A DNA stretch of 64,000 nt from Octopus vulgaris (Eukaryota): positions 68,882,001 to 68,946,000 of the forward strand of contig OX597819.1 of NCBI GenBank assembly GCA_951406725.2, in the 5' to 3' direction. The position numbers were made by a program, and so were the translations under genes. Below the pieces are notes generated by a model that searched no databases, had not been told where the DNA came from, and saw only the letters and a list, made by a program, of their open reading frames with translations. Numbering within the stretch: the first letter of the stretch is position 1; every line of letters begins with the position of its first letter. This document shows positions 13,951 to 22,957 of this stretch, piece after piece.

Positions 13951-14335
13951 ATGGTGGCACTCCGTCGGTTATGACGACGAGGGTTCCAGTTGATCCGATC
14001 AACGGAAGGTCCTGTTCGTGAAATTAACGTGCAAATGACTGAGCACTCCACAGACACGTGTACCCTTAACGTAGTTCTCAAGGAGATTCAGCGTAACACA
14101 GAGTGTGATAAGGCTGACCATTTGAAATACAAGTACAACAGAAACAGGAAGAAAGTGTCCGAGAAAGTTGTGGCGAAAGAATACAGCAGGTTTCGCCACA
14201 ACACGCTGCCGCAGAACCATGGACCTTTAGGTGTTTCCGCCCATGAAACACTCACAACGCTCGGTCTGGGAGCCGAAACCGCGATCTTATGACTACGAGT
14301 CCACTGGCCTGACCACTGGGCCATTGCGCTTCCAC
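13951..14335 (-). mobile_element. tRNA-derived SINE family C, full length
   Basis: Minus-strand head gtggaagcgcaaTGGCCCAGTGGtcagg...GGTTTCGGCTCCc (A/B-box-like); its 3' body is repeated at 10732-10906. Confidence 0.85.
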
Positions 14336-14393
14336 AAACACATACATATATGCGTGTGTATATGTGGGTGTATGCATATGTACTTATGTACAG

Positions 14394-14466
<73 letters not shown>

Positions 14467-15885
14467 TGTTTATGCAGACAGGCGCGCGCGCATGAATGTG
14501 TTGCACCTCCAGGGATGGTCTTGGGCTGCTCCCTAGGCAACTCAACAATAATTTTTGGTGTTTATTTGAAATAACTTTTATCGGTTTCCTTATGCGTATA
14601 AAAATCACTTCGGAGCTCGAAAATTTTCCTTGGATGTAGAATAAACTCGATCAAGGATTTTTTATTCTTTCATTCGAGCCGTTTGCTTTGGTTATCGACA
14701 CGATCGTCATGCTAGAATTAATAGCGCAATCAATCCTCAGACCGGATTCCATTATCATAAAGGGACAGCAAGTGCATGGCACCAGTTATCTCATTCCCTT
14801 TGTCCTCGCAACGTAGAGCGACTATGGGCAAACCGGTGACAACGATATCATTACGAGGCTATTGTCTTATGGAGCTAATAACCAGGAAAGATAATGTTTA
14901 ATTTAAAAGAAAAAACACAATGAAAAAGCCGTGTAAGTACTTTAGTGCGGTCTCTCTGATGTTTAAAATTACTATATATCATTAACTATTTTAAGCGGTT
15001 GAATTTTCTTTTAATTCTAAGAGATCATAGCAAAATAGTTGAATTCTTTTTGTTTGTGGCTTCTTATTGTACAGTATTTTCTTTCATTTTCAATAAATTT
15101 TTGTTTTAACTTATATGAAATTTTATTGTTTGAAGTGTTGGAATTTCTTATGTGAAATATAGACACTAACTTCACATTGTTAGATAAACCAACCAGTACT
15201 ACATATATGAACGAGTTGATATAATACCAATCGATATATCTAAACTTTATATCTTTTGACCAACAAGGCATTGAGTTTGCAACAAAGATATTTACATTTA
15301 AAATAATCCATTCTATCAACAATTATATAGTCAGCATAAGGGAAGGAGAAGAAAAGCGATTACTGTAATTAGCAGTGTAGTAAAAAAAGGAAATTCCATA
15401 CGATAATCGTCATATCTCAGTGCTGAGATCAATGGAATTACAGTTGCTGCACCTACGAAACAAAGCAAGGAATTAGCCAAGGATGGATACTTCTGTTCAG
15501 AAGAATTCCACGTAATGAGGGCAATTTTATAACAAAGAGCAGAACGGAAGAAGAAAAGATCACTGTAATAAAGGTAAACATTGGAGTGAGTGAATGAATG
15601 GGAATTGGAGCATTGAGGAAAATTTTGAAATAGGAAGAATTATCTGTCACTTGTTGAAGTCGGAAGAATTATCTGTTGCTTGATTCAGTTGTCGGAGTGC
15701 GTCTCTGCTGGGGCAAACATTTGATGTGTTTGAGACGAAGAAATCAACGCCAACACTTAATTTTTTAACGTTTTCTGCTAATTTCATCGGTCTGTTTTGC
15801 TACACATTTAAGTTACGATTACGCAAACAAATCAACAGTGCTGAACACACACACACAAACACACACACACACACACACACACGCA

Positions 15886-16046
15886 CATATGATGGTCTTT
15901 TTTACAGTTTATCTCGACCAAAATCGTATTGGGTGGTCTGTAGCTCTAATAGAAGACGCTTTCTCGTTTCACCGTGCCCTGGAATTGAACTCGAAACGAT
16001 GTACTTGCAAACCAAACTTCTTAATCACATAGCCAAATCTGCGTCA
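15886..16046 (-). mobile_element. SINE family A, diverged 5' fragment
   Basis: gatggtctttttacagttt...gaattgaactcgaaac...cttcttaatcacatagcc. Confidence 0.65.
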
Positions 16047-17579
16047 CCACTATTTAAAATTGCAAAAAACAAAACTCAAAAATCAAAAGTCTGAATTGAT
16101 GTCTCCAGTCAACCGCTTGTACATTAATTATCGATAATGGCTCCGTTCGTTTCGCTTACGTAGAAAAATATGCCATATTCTTTAGAAATATGGGAAATAT
16201 GAGTATTTGTGTATTTGCCTTCTTTTGGACAGACAGTAAAGGCAAAGTATAATAAAATACATCAGAAGATTATTGCAGAGATTTGGTTTGCCGACACCTT
16301 GCAATTTATTCTAAAACAGTCACCTACTTGTACACTATCAGTTACAATTCTATATATAACTTTTAAAGTAGTCGGCTGTTTTTATTTATAATATTTTTAG
16401 TTAAGTTTCAACCGAATTTTTCTCGAGGCAATTTAAATATTGATTAAAAAATATTCTAGTATAAGAATCACTATGATTGTGTGCAAAAGAAACTGGTGAA
16501 AGTTGAGTGTCAATTCCCAGTTGATTTAAAGGCATAAGTGAATTCATCTAGTAACAACACCTAATGAAATAAAATAACGTATGAGACTCTCGTACGTTAA
16601 GAGATTATCGGAAAAAAAACAAAGCAAAATAACGACGCCATAGTCTTGCCTTGTAGATTAAAGAAATATAATCGATCATTTTAATAGCAATGTTTTATAT
16701 ATTTATTTATTTATTTATACAATAGCTTTACATCGATCTAATGTCTGGAATTAAGACAGTCTACGATTGCCGATGGTTTGAATGAAATCGTTAGCAATGA
16801 CTGGGTCCAGGAATATTCAGAGACTAATCACAAAATCCCACACATGTAGGTCGATATTGAAGGGGAGTTATTCGAGAAAATACATAAAGTTTGAGTGTCT
16901 ATCTTTTGTGTGTCTAATCGTGTGAATATCCTTATTGTTTTTAGTGATTAATTGAAAATGACAGATACAGTTTTAATGCCAAAGGTGATGTTATATTAGA
17001 ATACAGAATACTTCATTATTTACAATGAGAGAACCTCTCATATGGAATTGTGGTATATAAAATCGCTTGTGGCTATACCGTTCGCGGGAGATAATCGTCC
17101 GTCAAGACTGCCTCACCTGAATTCGGCCTTCTTTGGCCTTTTCAATGGCAGACGCCCGTAACTAGGGATAGCATTTAATGTTATTAATGCTGAGGTTGCT
17201 ATTATCATTCTTGTGGGCCTTTCTTCTCTTCAGGGCCCTGTGAAACTTGATCAAGACGAAGAGTTATCTAAGAGTGCGTTACGTAATGTTTAGTGTTATC
17301 TAAGAGTGCGTTATGGAATAGGTCCGCCATTTCTCCACCACGGCAGCATCTGATGTCTGATTGAGTTAATCGCTACTTTTCAGGGATTTAATTCTATGTA
17401 ATGTCGTTCGATGCATTTAAATGCGTAATCCAATATCTAGTAGTCATGCAACTATTAATCTATCACTAGAGTTTGCACAGCTGAAACGGAATAATGAGGT
17501 GTGTCTGTTTACTTTAGGTTTGTTTGTGTATATATTTGCTTGTGTGTGTGTGAGTGCGTAAATAATATATTCTATAATA

Positions 17580-17778
17580 CCACAAGACCTGACATTTTCG
17601 TGGAAGGAGACTAGTTGGTTGCATCCACCCCGTTGTTCAAGCGGCACTTATTTTATCTTCGAAAGAGAGAAACACAAAGTCAACCTCAGCTGAATTTGAA
17701 CACGGGACGTAAAGACGGACGAAATGCCCGAAAGCATTTTTTCTAGCATGTTAACGATTCTACCACCTCACCACCTTG
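17580..17778 (-). mobile_element. SINE family B (Deu/Nin-like central domain)
   Basis: Reverse-complement match to 56282-56430 (aaagtcaacctc..gaatttgaac..cgtaaagacggacgaaat). Confidence 0.75.
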
Positions 17779-17789
17779 TGTAAATATAA

Positions 17790-18190
17790 ATGATACCCCA
17801 CGAAACTCCCTCAAAATGGGAAACACAAACTCCACGGCTCCAAACTTCGAAATGAGTAAACACGAACTACTACTGGAACTTACATACCATGTACAATAAA
17901 CTTTTTATCACTTCTATACACTACTTTACTCGAATAATGGAACTGCAAATACCATATTTTATGTTATTTCTCCTTTAATTCATTTATTTCTCTCTGTTTT
18001 CCCTATCTCCTCCTTTTCCATAACAAATTCTTTATTTCGAACTGAAACATTTACCTCTATTTAACCATCTCACATCGTCACTGATGAAGGGATATCCATA
18101 TTAATCCAGAAACGACTGTAAGACTATAACCTTTTCCTTATAAACGTCCTGAAAATTCCTCACAGCCTTGGCTTTGTTATCTGCTTTTGT
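17790..18190 (+). mobile_element. Penelope-like terminal-repeat fragment carrying a hammerhead motif
   Basis: Contains CTGATGA...GAAAC...GTA at 18081-18120 and ends at a (TA)n run; boundaries approximate. Confidence 0.45.
18077..18124 (+). ncRNA. Minimal type I hammerhead ribozyme motif
   Basis: gtca-CTGATGA-ag-ggat...atcc-a-GAAA-c-gact-GTA-agac; intact core with helix I gtc/gac and helix II ggat/atcc. Confidence 0.6.
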
Positions 18191-19089
18191 CTAATATATA
18201 TATATATAAATGACACATGTATTTTCTAAGTGGTCGCTTGTAGATCTCCTAAATCACTGTACAGTCATCTCAAGAGAAGGACATAATATAATCCTTTACA
18301 CCTCTAAACCGATGAGATGGCCATGGCTAGAAGGCATCATATGTACATATTTACTTTACTAGTGATAGCCTCAAGTAGCAATTCGATAAAATTTCTTCGT
18401 CTCTGAGTTTATCACCAATGTATTGCTTAAGAACAGGTGTTAGTGTGCTTAAGTTCTCATAATTTTTGCGATTCACAAAGTGAGTTCTATAAAATAATTA
18501 CCAGACTTAGAAAAACAAACGTAAAGATTCGGTTCGATTTGTTCGACTAAACCCTTCAAGGTGGAGCTTCGGCATGGGCGCAGTTCTAAGAGTTAGAAAC
18601 TATATTGAAACTTTTTCAATTAATATTTCCCCAGTAAACTTAGGAAGCTTACTAATTATGAAAGAACTGAACAATTTTAACGAACTAAATAAAATTAAAA
18701 CCATAGCCAAATATGTAGTTAAGTTAATAAATCTACTGGCTCCGATTTTGATTTAATTCTAGTCTATTTTATTATGACAATATCTGTGTTAGCGCTGGAG
18801 AGGTGAGAAATCGTTGGCTTTGAAGAAGAAAATCGGTGTCACAGTTGGGAAATTCGACAGTTTCTGATTTAAAGCCATAAATCTCTCTAAAACATTCCAC
18901 TCGTAAAAAAGAAAAAAACGCGGGTTGTGATATGTCCACATTGAGGCAAAAAATAGATTCCTTGTCAGATGAAGTCACCTCACGTCCCTGATAATTATCC
19001 CTTCACTTCAGCTGCGGAAAGTGTGTCACATCAAGTTCTTTTGGGTCGAGAAATGTCTTATATCCTTGGTGCGCAAGCCTTCAAATTTC

Positions 19090-19594
19090 TCTTCTCTTTT
19101 ACGTGTTTCAAACATTATACAGCGGCCATGCTGGAATACCACCTTATAGAATTTCTAGTCGACTGAATCGAGTCCAGTGATTTTTTTTAAAGTCTCGTAT
19201 TTATTTCATTGATGTCGTTAGTACACCCGCTATGTCATCAGGTCGTAAACACACCAGTACCGGTTGTCTATCAAGCGGTGGATCTGGACAAAGACACACG
19301 CACACACACAAACAGACGAACAGACTCTCACACACAGACACACATACATACATACACACACACATATACAATACACACACAGATACAATACACACACTCA
19401 TACACAGACACATATATATATGTGTGTGTGTGTGTACGATGAGCTTCGTTCAGTTTCCGCCTACTAAATCCGCCGTCAAGGCTTTGATCGAATAGAAGCT
19501 ATAGTAGAAGACACTTGCCGAAGGTGCCATGCAGTGGGCCTGAACTCGGAAACAAGTGGTCGGGAAACAAACTACTTTCAACGCAACCACGCCT
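19090..19594 (-). mobile_element. tRNA-derived SINE family A
   Basis: Reverse-complement match to 9243-9662 with an internal CA-rich tract. Confidence 0.85.
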
Positions 19595-19914
19595 GGTCTT
19601 CATCAAGTGTCTTCTCTCGTTTGTGCGTATTTGCTGCTTCCCGCGCATATTCTTTCCCATGAGGATCTTAATTGGTTCGTTCTCTCCTAAACACAAAATA
19701 GCCTCAAAGAAATTGTCCTCCCGATTTCAATCCACTATACAGTCAACGTTCTTCGCGGGACTAGACGTTTCGTTGCGAGTGTAGCTTGTTTGTCTTCTTC
19801 GCATCGTGGTTCGCGTTTACTTTCAGACGTTTTAATTTTTTCTCCATGTTGCCTTCACTTCTCCAAACCCAAATCTCATTTATGGTGGAGAAAGATGAAA
19901 TTACCACTTCGTCA

Positions 19915-19972
19915 ATTGCTTCTGCTGCTGCTGCTAATACTGCTAATACTACTACAACTACTACTTCTACTT

Positions 19973-20004
<32 letters not shown>

Positions 20005-20076
20005 GGTGCTGCTGCTGTTGTGGCAGTTGCTGCTACTACTAATAATACTACTACTGTTGCTACTACTGCTGCTACC

Positions 20077-20130
<54 letters not shown>
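19915..20130. repeat. Compound (CTG)/(CTA)/(CCA)n microsatellite
   Basis: Directly visible. Confidence 0.9.
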
Positions 20131-20212
20131 GATTCGTGAAAATTCTTAGGTTTATAAGCAGAGTATCCAGCTATTGCCCTGTGTTTATTATTTGTTAGAA
20201 ATAAATCGACAA

Positions 20213-20598
20213 CCTGGCTGAGTTGTTAGCATGCAGGATAAAACACTCGGCAATATTTTGACTGTCTCTGCGTTTCTGAGTTCAAATTCCGCTGAGGTAG
20301 ACTACGCTTTTCCTGCATTCAGATTCGATAAAATTAGTACCAGTCGAGCCATATGGTTGATGTCTTTGAATATGCACCTCACACACACCTGCAATTTGTA
20401 AAACGGCGAGTAGGTAGAACCGTTAGCATGCCGGAGAAAATGCTTAGTCGCATTTGTTCGGAAACTACGTTACGAGTTCTAATTTCCCAGATGTCGACTT
20501 TGTCTTTCCTCGTTTCGGTATCGATAGAATAATTATCAATCGATTTAATCGATTAGCCACGTCCCACATAATTTCAGACCTTATGCTTATAGTAGAAG
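20213..20598 (+). mobile_element. Two tandem diverged SINE family B copies
   Basis: gttagcatgc...gagttcaaattccgctgagg and ggcgagtaggtagaaccgttagcatgccgg...gtcgactttg...agtagaagg. Confidence 0.7.
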
Positions 20599-20679
20599 GT
20601 AGTCTGAAACAATATAACATATACATTATTTACATTATTTAAATTTGACGGATATTTGTCCTCATCTTGTTTGTTATTA

Positions 20680-20724
20680 ACAGAACCTTTCGGCTGATAT
20701 ACCTTACAGCCTTCATCAGGTGTC
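20680..20724 (-). ncRNA. Minimal hammerhead ribozyme motif (left arm)
   Basis: acac-CTGATGA-a-ggctg-taaggtatat-cagcc-GAAA-ggtt-ctgt; CUGAUGA/GAAA boxes and 5-bp helix II intact, helix III/I bases diverged from the other arms. Confidence 0.65.
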
Positions 20725-20793
20725 TTGGGAAAATTTCGAGCCTGGGTTCTCATTCCTAAGGTATTTTTCGATGTTATTATTATTATTATTATT

Positions 20794-21990
20794 CAGTAGT
20801 TTTATTTTTATAGCGTGCTTTCACTTCACTACCGAGCGCAGCTCTGTGTGCCTTGGGTATGTGCTGTGATTTGTTGTGATGCTCTGATGGTTATTGTATG
20901 GAAAGTGTTCTGCGTAGGATGTGTGCAGTGCCTAGTAGTGCAATTTTCTGTATGTTATATGTGTTTGTAAGTCCTGGTGTTTTTGTTATGTATTTGTCTG
21001 AATATTTTTTTATCATGCCTAATGCACCTACTATGATAGGAATTGTTTCTGTTTTCAGGTTCCACATTCTAGTTACCTCTATTTCCAGGTCTTTGTATTT
21101 TGAGAGTTTCTCCATTTCTTTTAGAGACACGTTGTCATCTGCCGGTATTGATACATCAATTAGAAAGCATTTTTTTCTTCATGATCTCTGACAACTATAT
21201 CTGGTCTGTTGGCCTTAATTTCTCTATCTGTGTGTATCGGCATATCCCAGAGTATGGTTGCTTTCTCGTTTTCTGTGACCTTTTCTGGTGTGTGCCTATA
21301 CCATCTTTTTTCTGTTGTTATTCCATAATGTTGGCATAGCTTCCAATGTATGTAGGTTCCAACTCTGTCATATCTGTGAATATATTCCTTCTTAGCCAGG
21401 ACTGGGCAGCTAGAGATAATATGATTTATTGTTTCTTGTCCATCTCCACATATTCTGCAGTTACTTGTAATATTTCTTTTCATTACATGTTTTTGGTAAT
21501 TTCTGGTGGGGAGGCTTTGGTCTTGTGCTGCAATTAAAAATCCCTCTGTTTCTGCTTTGAGTCCTGAGCTTCTCAACCATTGCTGTGATTTTTCTTTGTC
21601 TATTTCTTTTGCGTTTAGTTTAGTGCAGTATTTACCATGAAGGGGTTTTTCTTGCCATCGTTTTATCATGGTTCTTTGCTGTTCTATTTTTAGTTTGGAT
21701 TTCATTTGTTTTATAGCTTTTGTTGTTTCTTCATCATCTTCTTCTTCTTCTTTGTGTTTATTAGGTGGTATGATTTCTTGTTTGTATTTGTCAGCTTCCT
21801 TAAATACTGAGAACAGTTTTTTGTTTTGCTCGTGTTTTGCTGCTATCTGGATCAGTTTTCCTTGCTTCTGAAGTAGGTATTTTTGCAGTCCTATGGTGGT
21901 TATTTTATAGTAGTTTTCCAGCTGTATAAGGCCTCTACCACCTTCTATACGTTGTATATATAGTCTTTCTATGTCAGATTTTGGGTGATG

Positions 21991-21992
<2 letters not shown>
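20794..21992 (-). mobile_element. 5'-truncated R4/Dong-type RLE non-LTR retrotransposon (family 2)
   Basis: HPKSDIERLY..EGGRGL, zinc knuckle CRICGDGQETINHIISSC, RLE motifs RPDIVV/KLSKYKDL; one frameshift in an A-run near 21170; flanked by (TTA)n at 20774-20793 and 21993-22086. Confidence 0.92.

Positions 21993-21993
<1 letters not shown>
20891..21993 (-). pseudogene. C-terminal RT-thumb/zinc-knuckle/RLE endonuclease fragment
   Basis: ORFs 21160-21993 and 20891-21130 join across a single frameshift. Confidence 0.88.
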
Positions 21994-22072
<79 letters not shown>

Positions 22073-22086
22073 GTTATTATGATTAT

Positions 22087-22144
22087 TCGGAATCGTGGGG
22101 TTAGTAGCCCGCGCTCGTAACTCCTTCACCATATGCCCGAGGGC

Positions 22145-22145
<1 letters not shown>
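22087..22145 (-). other. tRNA-like (Pol III) head fragment
   Basis: gggcata-TGGTGAAGGAG-ttacgagcgc-ggg-ctactaa-ccc-cacgattccga: degenerate A box plus anticodon-arm-like hairpin; overlaps the B-box-bearing fragment at 28116-28156. Confidence 0.6.
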
Positions 22146-22222
<77 letters not shown>

Positions 22223-22269
22223 CGAAAATTACCTTAAGTATGAAAAACCAGGTTCGAAGTTTCCCCAAG

Positions 22270-22313
22270 ACACTTGATGAAAGCTGAAGGGTATATCAGC
22301 CGAAACGTTGTGT
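22270..22313 (+). ncRNA. Minimal hammerhead ribozyme motif (right arm)
   Basis: acac-tTGATGA-a-agctg-aagggtatat-cagcc-GAAA-CGTT-gtgt; palindromic AACGTT helix III; first core base C>T. Confidence 0.6.
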
Positions 22314-22454
22314 TAACAATCAAGATGAGTACAAATATCCGTGAAATGTAAATAATGTAAAAAATGTACATAATTCCTCATCTCTTAAATATAGAACTGA
22401 ATATAACATATATTGTTATACATACTCTTTAGCCGGCATTACTCCAGATCAAAC

Positions 22455-22464
22455 ATGTGTGTGT

Positions 22465-22543
<79 letters not shown>

Positions 22544-22555
22544 GGTGTGTGTGTG
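22455..22555. repeat. (TG)n microsatellite
   Basis: Directly visible. Confidence 0.95.
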
Positions 22556-22729
22556 AATGAAGGGTAGGATAGAAAGAACACGACAAAAATCAACTTACAG
22601 AAAAATAGACGATGAGTTAAGAAACGGGAAACAGGACAAAAACAAAATGCACAGAGCTTTCGCAGCAGAATTCCTCATTAGTCAGAGTCCGGAAACTCCT
22701 GGCGGTTTGGGAATTCTTTTTCCTCTATA

Positions 22730-22831
22730 CGAGGTGTGTATGAAAAGTCTTGAGCCAAAAAAAAAAAAACATGGTACAAAACTTCAAGGCTCAAAGGCTT
22801 TGAAGGCTTAAATCTTTTCATACACCCCTCG
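22730..22831. mobile_element. 102-bp Tc1/mariner-type MITE
   Basis: ~27-bp imperfect TIRs (cgaggtgtgtatgaaaagtcttgagcc / ggcttaaatcttttcatacacccctcg) with TA on both sides. Confidence 0.85.
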
Positions 22832-22957
22832 TATATACGTGTGTGTGCATGTATGTATGTATACATAGATACTTGAAATGTGAAGAAAATAATACATAAA
22901 GACAAGTTAACAACCAAGAGCAGGTGCATCGGTTATTATTATTATTATTATTATTAT

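Larger units (their letters stand above)
20624..22399 (+). mobile_element. Non-autonomous Penelope-like foldback element with two hammerhead arms, tRNA-like head and (TAA)n linker; 13-bp TSD
   Basis: Inverted arms 20624-20773 and 22221-22399. TSD aatataacatata at 20611-20623 and 22400-22412. Hammerhead motifs in both arms. Second copy at 29197-29645. Confidence 0.8.

Noticed and set aside
17263-17313. 19-bp direct repeat gttatctaagagtgcgtta; small palindromes at ~9691 and 10582
   Set aside because: Small local duplications and palindromes with no further structure.
22087-22145. Functional tRNA gene
   Set aside because: The T-arm, B box and acceptor 3' strand are missing and the A box is degenerate. 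It is a SINE-type head.
22650-22687. Hammerhead-like CTAATGA...GAAA on the minus strand
   Set aside because: The core is mutated and helix II does not pair convincingly. It is at best a decayed PLE remnant.
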